A DNA stretch of 64,000 bases from Chlorokybus atmophyticus (taxonomy: Eukaryota; Plantae; Mesostigma and Chlorokybus algae). The notes below the pieces were generated by a model. It was given only the letters and a program-made list of their open reading frames with translations, had not been told where the DNA came from and did no database searches. Below, piece by piece: positions 23,744 through 37,297 of this stretch (the stretch's first letter is position 1; every line of letters starts with the position of its first letter). The DNA is taken from assembly GCA_009103225.1 (NCBI GenBank), contig RHPI01001921.1, positions 122,719 through 186,718 on the forward strand, written 5' to 3'. The position numbers and the translations under genes are program-made.

Positions 23744-24788
23744 TTCAACACTAGCACCAGTCCTGTAGGTGCCTCACAGATGTGGCCGCGCAGGTCATGG
23801 ACGTGGACAAGGACATCGCCGACACCCCTGGGAGCACGTGACGTACGAGTGCGGGTACGCCGCGGCAATTGGTGCAGCAGCATACATGTACTAAGAGAAT
23901 TCGTTCCGGAGCAGCGGTGCACAATGTGATCACTTCGTTGTTGGGTTGGAGATTCAAAAGAATATATGGCTCCGACCCTAAAAGTCTGAGGCGTTCCTCG
24001 AGGACGCGGCGGCAGCGGCGGTGGCGGGGAGGAGAGGGACGAGGACGAGGAGGAGTATAGAGGGGAGGACGGGGAGGACCAAGTGAAAGGAGCAGGAGGA
24101 GTGCCTGAAAGTTGAGGAGACTTAAAGTCATGGAAGGGCGGGGTGTGCGGAGCTGATCTAGGTGCTTCATCATGTGCATGATCCGCATGCTGCTGTTCAC
24201 AATGCGCATTTGAACACAGTGCATGTCGGGTCAATAATAAATTGCAGCCCACACATACACACAACCGTGATCAAGTTCTTTCTTGTTCACGAATCATACA
24301 AGCACCGTCGTTATTCAGCATTGTCATGAGTGCAGCAGCAACAATTGCTACATGGGCGCACAATCGGGTGTCACAGTTCCCCCAGTTGCGGAAATGTTTG
24401 TTCATATCTTGCCAACGGTGCACCTTTATCAAGATGTAGTACACAGGCACAGACAGCATGGGTCCAAGATACACAGAACAAGCCGCTAGTTTATGCACCA
24501 TCTACAACTACATCAAGTCCGAAACAGTCAAGACTGCAACATCTTGATGTCGTATCCACTACCGAACATGTCCAACATCTCGTGTATGCTTGGATATAAC
24601 ACGAACACAGCATAACAACAAGCAATCACAGAGTTCATACTTTCAGACAGTGCAGTGATGATTATCATCGAGTGGTGCATGCGATTGTGCTTTACTGCAA
24701 TGTCCAACAGATCCACATAGGTCTGGTCTGTTGTTTATGCGACACATGCACGACAGAATAGTGTGTAACTGTGAGAAAGCAAGCGGGT

Positions 24789-25085
24789 ATGGCGTCACCC
24801 GATGACGACGACGAGGAGGAGCTGGACGATGACGACCTGGATGATGACGATGACGACCTGGACGATGACCTGGATGACGATGACGAGGAGGACGATGAGG
24901 AGGATGAAGACAACGCTGATGACAATGATGAGCAGCCAGCTGGCGCACAGCCAGGTAGTGGCAGAGACAATAGTCATACACACATATACAAATGTGCGCA
25001 TATATGACACGCATGCGCGCGCGCGTACCTACACGTGTCGGCACACACACACCTTCCTCGCCACAGATGCCATAGCCTCCGCCTT

Positions 25086-25117
<32 letters not shown>

Positions 25118-27697
25118 TCGCGGCCGCGGGCCCCCGCATCACCACCACAGCCCACCCCGCAGCGCAACCTGCGTCCACCCGACCCGGCAGCGGCGGACAG
25201 GATGCTGTCACCGCAGCACGCGCAGCAGCAGCGGCAGCAGCCGCAGCACAGGTGAGAGAAAGAGACTATCATACTGTGCGTGTACGTGTATGTGTATGTC
25301 ACTTGCGTGTACTGACAACTGGGTTTTGCTACAGCAGCAGCGATTATTATTGGCGGGGACTTCATTGCAAGCGCGGCCGGCGGTGCAAACAGCCGGCCCG
25401 AGTTATGCAATGTCGAGCGGTCTGCAGACAAGCTTCAGAGCAGCACAGCCAGTAAGAAAGCACATCGCACCCTTTGTTGTTATTAGTGACTTTCCTTGGA
25501 TTACAACCAACGCTATTGGCACGCATCAGGTGGGTCGGCCTCCCGCAACGACACCATTGCAGCAGCAAACACAACAGCAGTATGTGCCTCGCACGCCTCT
25601 CACGGGGACGCCAGGCCGGCCGCCTTTGGCCGGGAGAGTGACACCAGTGTTGGGTACTCAGAGTGCCATGCAAACACCAGGAGCCATGCTGTCGACACCA
25701 ACACAGGTAGGGGACGATGGCACATATGTTGGGTTGGGTTCCTGCTCAAGCAGTCACTAGTATGTCCATGTATGACAGATCACGCCCGCGCCTCGCCCGC
25801 AAGCCAAGCCTCCCGTGCAGATACCCAACATGCCCCCGCCTCCCCTCCCGAGCCTCGGGCCGCACCTACTCGTGGCCCCATCCTTTGCCGGTGAGTGTTG
25901 TGTTTGTGTGCCGCATGCCAACCTGAAACCCAACATACCCAATACATATTGTGTAGATGTTCACGGTCAGAGGATGGTGCTTGCGCTGCGTTCGGGCGTG
26001 AAGAGCGAGGTGGCGTGGGCTCTCAACGCCCTCACGGTGCTGTCCTACGCCGACGAGGGGGAACTCAAGGCCCAGGGGTTGCTAGCGAAGATACCGGGAC
26101 TGCTAGACACACTCCTCTTGCTGGTACGCATGATGATGAACACCATCGTCACACTCATGGCGACGTATCGACGTTCAACTTGTTGTTTTGTCATTCAAGA
26201 TTGATGAGTGGCGGGATGCTGCGTGGCCTCGGGATCAGCGAGCTGCGCGCAAGCGGTTGAAAGTGTTGGGATACGGCCGCTCTGTCACGGGTTACGGGTA
26301 TCTGATGGTTGCAGTCTCATCAGGCGCTAGCTGGCTTTTTGTGAAAAGGAATGCAATTTACGGCATATTTACGAGCCTGTGGTTACTCGCAGAATGGACG
26401 GAGACACGTTCATGCAAGAAGAGCCACTGGAGGATAGCGTTGCCAACCGCGATGCTGCAGGTAAGCGCAAAGCGCTCCTGCTACAATTGACTTGATCTTT
26501 GAATACATGTGCGCGCCTGTGCGTGTGCGTGTGTGTGTGCAAGCACACTCGAGTGTGTGCATACATGCGTTTATGCGTGTGTATCTCACCACGTAGGTTG
26601 GTGGTGGGAGGAGGATGGTTTGTTCAACCTGGACGAGTTGGCGCGTGCCGAGAAGCACGCTCACGCGGTATGCGCGTCCAACATCCTTCGCAACCTGTCC
26701 TTCTCCGGCGCGGACAAGGAGAACGCCATGTCTGGCCACGTGCGCTGCCTCGCCCTGACCGTGGCCGCCGTCGAAGACATGGACACGCACGACGACGACG
26801 ACGAGGAGCTCGTCAAGAACATGGTGGACGTGCTCGTGAATGTCGCGGGCGCCCTTGACCTCAACTCCATCCACCACATCGAGCTCAACGAGTCGTCTCA
26901 CTCCCACCACACGCACGCGCACACGCAACAACATCCACGCCACCACCCCACGCACACGCACCACCCGCCTCTCACGGTCAAGCGCGCCCTCAACGCCGCC
27001 CTGAAGCTCCTCGACACGCCGCGCCACGGCGTGTCCACAACCCACTTTGCCATCGCCGGAGCGGATATAGTGGCCCGTCTCGCAGCCAATGCTGTGAATG
27101 AGTCTCTTGTTGTGGGGTTTGGACCGAAGGTGTTCCCGAGGCTCGTGCAGATGTTGGCCTCGAGTGATGCGGAGGTGCAGGCGTCGGCAACCGTGGCGAT
27201 GCATGTGCTAATGGAAGCGGACCCGGAGTCCAGACCGCTGCTGGCGCAGCAGAGAGGGTGAGAGGATTTCAAGCGTGTGCGTGCGTGCGTGCGTGCGTGC
27301 GCGTGTGTGTGCGTGCGCGTGTGTGTGCGGGCGTGTGCATTTGGCCGAGTATTTGCTACTGCGTGTCTATAAAGGGCGATCAGGCGCCTGTTGAGCGTGG
27401 CCAAGACCCACCCGACCTTTGAGGTCTCTCGCAAAGCCGTGCAGACGATTGGCGGTTTGGCGGCATCCCCCTACAGCAGAGAACACGTGAGTGTGTTTTT
27501 GTTGTGTCTTGTTACACAGTCAGCACACATTGCTGATACATGATATGTTGGTATATCAGGTGGCGTTGCATGAGCCGGCACTGGTGGATATGGCTATGAC
27601 CGATGGACGCCTTGCCGATGCGGCAGCGCGCGTGCTGTTTGACTTGAGTCCGAAGGGCGCGGCGAGGGCGCCTGTCCTGCGCGCGTGGGGGTCGTGA
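24789..27697 (+). CDS. LFR: Armadillo-repeat SWI/SNF subunit LFR (BAF250_C-like) with an Asp/Glu-rich N-terminus
   Basis: RMVLALRSGVKSEVAWALNALTVLS; IDEWRDAAWP; WWWEEDGLFNLDELARAEKHAHAVCASNILRNLSF; DEELVKNMVDVLVNVAGALDL. These match recalled plant LFR blocks. Confidence 0.85.
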
Positions 27698-28678
27698 CAA
27701 CAAGGGCAACATCGTGTTGGCCATGTTAGATGTACCTTTCTATGTTTGGTTGCGCAGGGTTGTAGCCGCGTGTGGCACACGGACCCGTGAAGCAACACAT
27801 ACTCTGCATGTGTGTTTAGAGGGCTGCTGCTTTCCAACTGCTACTAACTGTCAGTGGTCTGGGCGAAGCAGACTAATACACACACGAGATGGATCTGGTA
27901 TGTTGCGACACACAGCATCTGCTTGTAGATGTATAGTTGCAAGGACAGCTTGTGAATGCGCTAACCATATGCAGTCATTGTATCATCTCACACACTCATT
28001 CTGGTCGAGGGGGGGAGGGGATGCTGCTGGTTGTCCTGCTGCGTGCTGAACGGCACTACTGATGCATACCCACATGATGTCGGGTGCGGATTCAGCCAGT
28101 TGAGAGGAGTCACACACGGATTAAAACAACAAAGTGTTTTGCGTCAGCATCCTCAGGCATGTGTAATTCATGCGAGGAGATGTGCCGGTGGGTTGGGGGC
28201 ATCATGTGGGTGTGAACACGCGCATGCATTGCAGGAAGTAATGGGATGATGGGGAGGATGTTGCTTAATGGTGAGCAACAAGGGGTGCCAGTATTGGGCT
28301 GGGCCACTGTCGGCTTGACAAGTGTACATGTTTTGCACTGAGCGTTTGTTGCATCGGTCATAACACATCGGAAGGAGTGTCAGCATGCAGGTGAAGACTT
28401 TTATTTCGCTCTGTATCAACATGTAGGTGAAGACTCTGTTTCGCTCTGCCGCCACATATTGCACTTTCCTGTTAACTACTTTCGTAGTGTTAGCTATTGC
28501 AGATTATAAGGCCTGCGCCGATTGATACAATTCAGCTTGTGCTAATGCTTGTAAGGTGTGTGTATGCAGAGTAATTGAGAGGGGTGTGTGATATGGATGC
28601 TGGCATGTTGCACATTAACTACAGCATCTAGCAGCTTCATTTTGATGGATCAGCAAAGTTTACTATTGGGTAGGTGAA

Positions 28679-29487
28679 CTACATCAAGCTGAAGTTCAAC
28701 CTAGGCAGATGGCTTGATTTCCTTGTGCAAAGGCACTCAGCCATGCGGTGGCCCTTTTGGTTGCACTTGAAGCACACGTTGGCTTTGTAGCGCAGGGCCC
28801 TCTGCTTAGGTGTTATGCCCAGGTCTTGCACAACCCTATTGCCATTGTTGTTGTTACGGGGCTTCTTGCTGCTGGAGGGCACATGTGCATGGCCATTGAC
28901 ATTGCCCTTTGCACGCCCTTGCTTGCCATAGCCGTTCTTGATAGTTGAAACAGAGGACTGAGCCTTCGAGGCCTCAGGCAGAGGCAGATTGCCAGCCTGC
29001 TCTTGCATGCGCTGTTGGTTCTCATAACCAATGGCCTTGCACACATGTTGACCATCAGGTCAAAGTGCTTGTCCCTGTATGCTCCAAACCATCACGGTCC
29101 TCGCTGGGCTTGAACTGCGCCTGCTCTTGCACCTATGAAGGTTGCCTGAGCATTCTCAGGCAACAGCAGCGATATCTGTCAAGCTGCTTAGCCTCAGATA
29201 GTGGGCAGTCAATGCCAATCTCATGGCACATTGATTAAAGAAGAGGGTTGACTGTTTACCAGACTAGCCTGTTCTGTAACGCATAGCGGCCAGCTTGTTC
29301 CTTGCCTTCTGATACGGGTGCACACCCCGTAGGCCCGCAAGTGAGCACCCCTAAACACATTGAGGCTCTCCGTGTTCAGACCCTGCTCTCTTGCGCGAGG
29401 CTCTGTCCCTTCCCACATCCGGGCAGCTGTCTGCCTCACGTATGATGCAACAATCTCCACGGACCGAAGTTCATGAGCTGGCAACAA
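28679..29487 (-). mobile_element. Decayed LTR-retrotransposon gag fragment with CCHC zinc knuckle
   Basis: CFKCNQKGHRMAEC knuckle at the end of the 28679-29044 ORF. An upstream gag-like ORF lies in a different frame; no pol follows. Confidence 0.65.
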
Positions 29488-32400
29488 CCCACTGTTTTGT
29501 AACAGCGTTTGCTGTGTGCCAGCCAGTCACGCACCTTAATGTTAATACATCATCACATATATAAAATAACATTTTTGCCCTTCCCACTCGGGGAGCTCAT
29601 AAAGAATACAAGCTTTTGCGTTATGTCCTGGTTGGCATTCGCAAGTGTAAGCTTGGCCGGCTCCTTCCCGTGCTGAACGATGATACTGTCCACCTCATGG
29701 CGCGGACTTTAAATGCTAGGTTGATGATATTGCATTTGTCATGCAGCAACGATGACCCGCCCATGAATACACACGAGGATAAACAACAACGCAATGCTTA
29801 AGAAACTGACACATAGTCTTAGGCGTAAGGTTTTATATTGTTTAACCGAAAGCCCGTGCAATAATGTATGCATGTGTGTGTCCTTACATAACCCGAGTGT
29901 GTATGCAGCAATCTGCACACACAGCAATGTAAAATTGGTGTCACACCCACTTCACAAGTGCGTGCATGCGTGAACAGTGCTGCACATCAATGAATGCAAG
30001 CAACACCGTGTACCTGCAGCAATGCTCATGCACATGTATGATTGAACTGGTCAGTTACCAGCATGTATAACGTGCTAGTGAACAGCTGCGAGGTGCATAC
30101 ACAATCAGTGAATGCAAACTACGCACCGATACCGCTTGGACGCGTACTACACAATTATCGTAATACTGTGCACTATGGCCCAGCCTTTTCAACTTTCAAC
30201 TCATGCAATCATGCACAAGGACATGACCAATGCACATCATGCATGCACATGAACCATGTACACAAGTCCGCACACAGTGGAGACACATATGTCTATTATG
30301 CAAACAGTCACATGCACGGTGCTCCCTTAATGGAGAGGGAGACGTGCACAGATAGCGAGGCTAAGGAACAAGCTTCCCTGGACTCGCAGCGCCGTCGTTT
30401 ATGCCAAAGGCTTGCGGACATCCCATACTCGTAGCACCCAGCACAACCGTCAGTTAGACGGCATCAACATGCACACATGTTACAAGCACCACCTCAGTGT
30501 GATGCTAGGCACTTAGTGCAAGTCCATGCATTAATGCAATGCCCCGTAGGTCGTTTGCACCCAGGGAAGCATGTGGCATGTCCTTATGAGCTTCCACGGC
30601 CAAGTGGGGATCACACGAATCGTCCCGCTTAAGGCGGGTCATTCAGAGCTGCAATACCATCATCACCATAGTGTGGAACACCTGCTTGTAAATGCTCATC
30701 CAATGCGTGAGCATGCAATGTGCTCTAGAGGATGCAGCCACACATGCACAACCATTTGCAGGCAGTTGTGCATGCACACAGGCCATGCACACCCTTAGCA
30801 TGCAAGGCATGCACACATGCACATGCACAAGGGCAGAACCGGCTAGGCAGGGGTTGTCCACAATAACATGTAGTCAAGGAAGAACACCAACAAGACCACC
30901 AGCAGTAGCAGAAAGTGGGAGGCGCCTCTTCTTCAGTACAGGCGTCAACTACAGGATAAACACCTCAAAACCTAGGTAAACCACTTAAAAGCGCCCCACA
31001 CAGGAGGGTAAGGAAGGCCCCTCGAACAGCTAAGCCAAGCACCCCGTACACACAGCGAGTGAGCCACAAGCTGAGTCCCAACACCATGCTGGCCTAGCCT
31101 ATTATACTACTCCCTGTTGCCTTCCCACTTGGCCACATGCGAGCTGAAAAGCCATCACCTTTTCGCCCACACTGTGCTGACACATCAGATTCTCTTGGCT
31201 ACACAGGTCTTGCTGAGGTATTAGCATCTTCTATTGGCATATGCCAACATGGTGTGACACATGTCACCTCAGCCATTTCTATAAATAGCTGGTCTATCAC
31301 ACACAATACATTGGTGTGAAACATGTCTCATCACTCCTCACATGTCACATCAGCAACCAGCTGGTAGCATCGTGATGTCCACGGATCAGCTCTGTGCAAG
31401 CTGCTTATTAGTGCCTTGTATAGTTCATCTTGCCGAAGGATCATGAGCACAAAGATTGACTGTATGAGCAAACCATTTGGGTATTGCACACACCTAAGCA
31501 GTTTAACTCCCATGCAATCATGCTGTCATATCGCAACATAGCAGCTGAGAGTGATAAAGCCTTGCTTGTTAGGCGTGATACCTACCTGTCCGGGTGTGTA
31601 GCAAACTTAAAAAAAGAAATACTTACCATCACTTACCAAGTGATGTATACAACCACCCCACACGGGAATGGGGGAGGGCCCCTTGAACAATCAAGGCTAG
31701 GCACCCCACACACACGAGTAGAAAATAGAGTAAGTCCACTTACGCTCCGTTGCTCAATACAATATTCGCAACACCCTTATACACTCCGCCTTGCTGCCTT
31801 TTAACTTAGCGCACCAATGGTAAGGCTCTTTGCCATCCATTGCTGCATCAACCAATAAGAGATAAGATCATCTTATATTGCACTCTGCCTCATGGCAGCT
31901 CCGTGCATGTGTAATTATGTTGCAGCGAGGATGTGACACAACCAAGCTATGTCACGTCATTGTCATTACCTGTGCCAGCTCACTCATGCTTTGTGTGGGT
32001 TATCATGCCCAAAGCCGCATACTGGTGGGCTTAGGGGCAGGCTGTGCATATGCACATCTCGCAAGCACTACACATGCTTATGAGGCGGAATTCTCACACA
32101 GCCCAACGTATTACCATAAGCAAATACTTAAGAGTGACACGCTTTGCCTTGTAGGCGTGACAATTATATATTTTATATATTGTTAGCATTATGTTACATT
32201 TTATGAGTGTTAACGCGCAACATGCAATACACGTAACTAAACATATACTCATACATATAGCATGAAAGATGATGCGTATCAAAAACGCTGATGGCAAACA
32301 TGTACGGCAGATGTTTAAAAGACTCCATGTACGTACAATTCCATTCATTATGAGTAGCCCTCTTTAATGTTTCCTGCAACAACACACATGTGAGCATGTC

Positions 32401-32878
32401 GTCATAAATACCCATTCATGTGTAAGCAATATGTCTTCGCTTGCTTAACTGCTTAAGTTGCCATGACAAGTCGCGTGACATTGAGGACCCTCAGCAGCTC
32501 ATGCATGAGTTGCGTTACAAACTGCAATTAGCCTTCGCCAGGTTTGCATTGTGCCAGCCTGAGCGGTGTTCAGTGGACGCCCTGGGCAATGCATCGACCA
32601 CATTATAGCGGTACGTGCCCAGCGGCCAGCGCACCGGCTATAGCGATGGCCAGACACTGGTGGCGAAGATGGGGCCGCACGCATCGGACGGCTTGCGCGG
32701 CGCCATAAGACTGATCGGCTCCCATCCGACGGCCGCCACACCCTACGCGTCGTCCACAACCTTAGCCTTACCTAGAACGCCTGCACACAATTTTTCGTTC
32801 GCAGGCGGCGGCGGCGGCGGTGGCGGTGTGGGTGGGGGTGTAGGTGGGTTCAGCGTGCAGAGTTGCGGCATTGCGGCA

Positions 32879-35864
32879 ATGGCATCGACGGTGGCCATGC
32901 AGGCGTCGTTGACGGTGAAATTGGCTGGGGTGGTGGCGCCTGTCGCTGCTGCCACTGCTGCGCCTAGCCGGCCGCCCAGCAGCAGCAGCAGCAAGTCGGC
33001 GTTCCTTGCAGGCGGGGAGCTGAGGCAGGCGGTGGCGAGCAGCAGTGGAAGGGGAAGGGTTGCGGCGTCACGCGTGCAGCGAAGGCCTGTGCTTGCATTA
33101 TCTGTTGAGGCTGGCGAGGAGGTCGCCGCCGCTGCGGAGGAGGCGGCCAGCCCCGCCGCCGTTGAGACAGCTCCCACTGCCGCTGCTGCTGACGCACCTG
33201 CCGACGACAGCGCACCCGCAGGCGATGGCGCATCTGCGGAGAAGAGGCAGGGCGGCTTTAAGCGCGGCCCAGGCGGCGCCAAGTTCCAGAAGCGCACGCC
33301 AAAGACTTTCAGCGTCAAGCTCGCGGATCTCCAGCCCGACATGCAGCTCACTGGCACTGTGGTACGCCATCACAGCGCTTTTTGACTTTGCAATGCATTG
33401 ACGCTAGGATCAATGCTGCGTGCAGCGCTGATGGTAATTGCATGTCCCCCTGACATAATCCCAATTCTGTACTGCAGAAAGCTATTCAGACCTATGGCGC
33501 ATTTGTGGATGTGGGGGCGCGGGAGGATGGGCTCGTGCACATTTCACAGCTGCAGGTAGGGCTGAGTTTAAGTGCAACCAATGTCTGTGGTTCTTTCCAT
33601 TCACACTCTTCCAATCACTCGTGTCATCAATTACAATGGCTTTGCTGCCGGCCCGTTCTTCCAGGCTGGATTCGTGAAGGACGTGAATGAGGTCGTCAAG
33701 ATTGGCCAGGAGGTGCAATGCCGCGTCCTGGAAGTTGATGTTGAGAAGGGACGACTCAGCCTCAGCATGAAGGATCCAAATGAACCGGTAAGCCACTGGA
33801 CAACATCACTGTGGATGCGCCAAGTTGGTGTGGTTTCTGTTTTGCAAAGAGTACGCCCATGTCAGTCGTGCATGCTTACAGTGTGAGAACCTCACGCATA
33901 CATGTTTTTAGGCGCCGGAGAAGCGCGAGAGGCGAGAAACCACAGAGCAGTCGAGCAATTTCAGGGTATCCGCACCTGCAGCAGATGGGACTGCTGATGC
34001 TGCTGCTGACTCTGCTGGTGCTGATGGTGGTGAGGCCAAGCGCGGATCGGGAGTCCGACAGGCCACACGTGGTGTGTTTGAGAAGAAGGAGCGGTCTTCA
34101 GCGCCCGGTGACAGGAGTGATCGTGCACCCAGGAGAAGCCGCGGACCCCCGAAGGAGAAGCTTGACCCAAAGACGCTCACTGCTGACACGGAGCGTTCGG
34201 AGCCATATGAAAGCCAAATCGCTATGGCTCTCAGCGCTGTCGGCATCTCAAGGGAAGCATTCCCTGGGGCTGATATCAGGCCTGTGGGCGAGGAGGAGGA
34301 GGTCGCCCCTGCCGTGCCTGAAATCCCCACAGCACAGAAAGTGGAGGTTGCTCAGGCTGTGCCTGAACCGGAGGTGAAGGCAGAGGCTGTGGCTGCGCCT
34401 GAGCCTGAGGTGGTTGCCCCCGCTGTGCCTGAACTCCCCACAGCACAGAAGGAGGAGGTTGCTCAGGCTGTGCCCGAACCTGAGGTGCAGGCGGAGGCGG
34501 AGCCTGAGGTGAAGGCAGAGGCTGTGGGCCAGGAGGAGGAGGTCGCCCCTGCCGTGCCTGAAATCCCCACAGCACAGCAGGAGGAGGTTGCTCAGGCTGT
34601 GCCCGAACCTGAGGTGGAAGCGGAGGCGGAGGCTGAGCCTGAGGTGAAGGCAGAGGCTGTGGGCCAGGAGGAGGAGGTCGCCCCTGCCGTGCCTGAAATC
34701 CCCACAGCACAGAAGGGGGAGGTTGCTCAGGCTGTGCCTGAACCTGAGGTACATACAGAGGCTGAGGCTGAGCCTGAGGTGAAGGCAGAGGCTGTGGGCC
34801 AGGAGGAGGAGGTCGCCCCTGCCGTGCCTGAAATCCCCACAGCCCAGAAGGGGGAGGTTGCTCAGGCTGTGCCTGAACCTGAGGTACATACAGAGGCTGA
34901 GGCTGAGCCTGAGGTGAAGGCAGAGGCTGTGGGCCAGGAGGAGGAGGTCGCCCCTGCCGTGCCTGAAATCCCCACAGCCCAGAAGGGGGAGGTTGCTCAG
35001 GCTGTGCCTGAACCTGAGGTACATACAGAGGCTGAGGCTGAGCCTGAGGTGAAGGCAGAGGCTGTGGGCCAGGAGGAGGAGGTCGCCCCTGCCGTGCCTG
35101 AAATCCCCACAGCACAGCAGGAGGAGGTTGCTCAGGCTGTGCCCGAACCTGAGGTGGAAGCGGAGGCGGAGGCTGAGCCTGAGGTGAAGGCAGAGGCTGT
35201 GGGCCAGGAGGAGGAGGTCGCCCCCGCCGTGCCTGAAGTCTCCGCCGCTGCCGCCACTGAGGCCAACACCAGCGCGCAGCATGAGGAGAAGGTCGCCCCC
35301 GCCGTGCCTGAAGTCTCCTCCACCACCGTTGCCGCCACTGAGGCCAACACCAGCGCGCAGCATGAGGAGAAGGTCGCCCCCGCCGTGCCTGAAGTCTCCT
35401 CCACCACCGTTGCCGCCACTGAGGCCAACACCAGCGCTCAGCAGGAGGAGAAGGTCGCCCCCGCCGTGCCTGAAGTCTCCTCCACCGCCGTTGCCGCCAC
35501 TGAGGCCAACACCAGCGCGCAGCATGAGGAGGAGGTCGCCCCCGCCGTGCCTGAAGTCTCCGCCGCTGCCGCCACTGAGGCCAACACCAGCGCGCAGCAT
35601 GAGGAGAAGGTCGCCCCCGCCGTGCCTGAAGTCTCCTCCACCACCGTTGCCGCCACTGAGGCCAACACCAGCGCGCAGCATGAGGAGAAGGTCGCCCCCG
35701 CCGTGCCTGAAGTCTCCTCCACCGCCGTAGCGGCCACCGAGGTCAACGCCAGCGCTCAGCAGGAGGAGGAGGTCGCCCCCGCCGTGCCTGAAGTCTCCTC
35801 CTCCGCCGTTGCCACCACTGAGGCCAATGCCAGTGCTCTGCACACTGTGGCGACGCGTACTTAG
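32879..35864 (+). CDS. Plastid-targeted S1-domain protein (PSRP-7/PETs N-terminus-like) with a long acidic tandem-repeat tail
   Basis: Ala/Ser-rich transit peptide MASTVAMQASL...SKSAFLAG. Spliced S1 domain: LADLQPDMQLTGTV|KAIQTYGAFVDVGAREDGLVHISQLQ|AGFVKDVNEVVKIGQEVQCRVLEVDVEKGRLSLSMKD. The last exon encodes more than 500 aa of EEEVAPAVPE repeats and ends at TAG 35862-35864. Confidence 0.8.
34290..35844 (+). repeat. Coding minisatellite: 135-nt (45 aa) units followed by 75/81-nt (25/27 aa) units
   Basis: Unit starts at 34531, 34666, 34801, 34936, 35071 and 35206 (135-nt spacing), then 35283, 35364, 35445, 35526, 35601, 35682 and 35763. Confidence 0.93.
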
Positions 35865-36062
35865 CTACTAGTAGCTGGCGGCATTAGTATTTCAATTGCT
35901 CTGTGACTCAATATCAAGAGACTGTAGTCTAGTTAAGACTGGTGAGTCTAGTTTTGACACATGCTGGCGTGCAATTGGATATACAAATATAAAACAGCTG
36001 TGTGTGTGCGCGCGCGTGTAACAGCTGTATGCATAGGGTATACCTCATGCACGTGTCTGCAG

Positions 36063-36320
36063 ATCACACAGTGACGAACAGACGCATTTACATTTTCCGC
36101 TACGGCCGCTGTGAATCGTCCTTTGAGGAGTTCCAGCGGCAAGTGCCCAGTATATCTGACCTACAGGATCGTGATATTCAACTGAAGTACTTCACCCTTG
36201 CTGGGGAGGCCCGCAGTCTTGAGGATGAAGAGGATCGCCACGAGCTGTAGCAGTGTGTACTGGTCTTTGGAGTGGCGGTCTTGGAACATCCACTTAAGGG
36301 TCATTGCGGAGACTCGGTGA
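36063..36320 (+). pseudogene. PB1-like domain exon, copy A (no first exon, premature TAG)
   Basis: ...RRIYIFRYGRCESSFEEFQRQV...DIQLKYFTLAGEARSLEDEEDRHEL* after a CTGCAG acceptor; homologous to copies B and C. Confidence 0.6.
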
Positions 36321-36708
36321 GCCGTGATGTGGTGACCTCTTGGTCTTTCTGCCTGAGTGGAAGATGAAGCAAAGTGTGACAATCTGTGCTCAGGGCTGGG
36401 GGGCAATGTCAATCATCACAGGGCGTATTGTCGTGGTGATAGCAGCACAATGCAGTTGGCAGTCCGGTTAAAGTGCACTAAGTGACGTTGAAACATCAAA
36501 CACTACTGGCATTAACAAAAGCGCGAGCACAAATGAAACTCTCAGGAGCATGGTTGCCGCCACTGAGGCCAGCGCTCAGTACACTGTGGCGACGCGCACT
36601 TAGCTACTAGTGGCGGCATTGGGGTTTCAGCCGCTGTGTGACTCAGTGTCAAGAGACTGTAGTCTAGTTAAGACTGATGAGACTAGTTGGCTAACACATG
36701 CTGAGTGA

Positions 36709-37125
36709 GCTGCTAGTAAGACTTGAGTTCTGGAGGGCCTGGCTGTTGGGCAGCCTCCGGGAACCTTATTGACATATTGCTGATAAAATACCGCAGACTC
36801 AACTGAGTTGCCCCGGCTGCTTCTGGCATCAGCAGTCTTGCGGCTGCACAGCTGTCATTCCCTCTGTTGGCCTAACTAACACATGCAGCTAACACAACGC
36901 ACTCAAGCTCAGCAACATCCGCTTCTGAACCATCACCAACCATGCGGAGAAAAGCACCTAGTGTCCTGGTAACACACGGCGGGTACCGCTAGACTTCTCC
37001 TTTAAACCTTAACTCACTCACTCCTGGTTGCTGGTGTATTGCACGCGACAACCTTGGCGCCAGTCTCGACAGGTGTTGTAGTGCCATTGTAACAATGCAT
37101 TAGAAGTATGCAACGCTGTCTTTAC
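36709..37125 (-). mobile_element. Degenerate element fragment, possibly Ty1/copia gag-protease; duplicated at 37900-38315
   Basis: Clear nucleotide similarity to 37900-38315. The HMVGD-like motif resembles the copia protease region. Confidence 0.4.
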
Positions 37126-37297
37126 CCCCCACCCCCACCCCCACCCCCTCCACCCCCCGCAACTCCCCGCGCAAAGTACAGGCTGTCCGCCTTATCCAAG
37201 TTGTTGACGCTTTAGTACACATGTGTACATTACATCCCGTCACCCATCATGCATGCGCATCAGCAGGGCCCAGTAGCCGCATCATTTACGCCGCGCC

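Noticed and set aside
31075-31095. Possible primer-binding site TGGTGTTGGGA on the minus strand
   Set aside because: Only a short match to a tRNA 3' end, and no adjacent LTR could be defined.
34248-35843. Long antisense ORFs over the repeat array
   Set aside because: They are shadows of the stop-free coding minisatellite on the plus strand.
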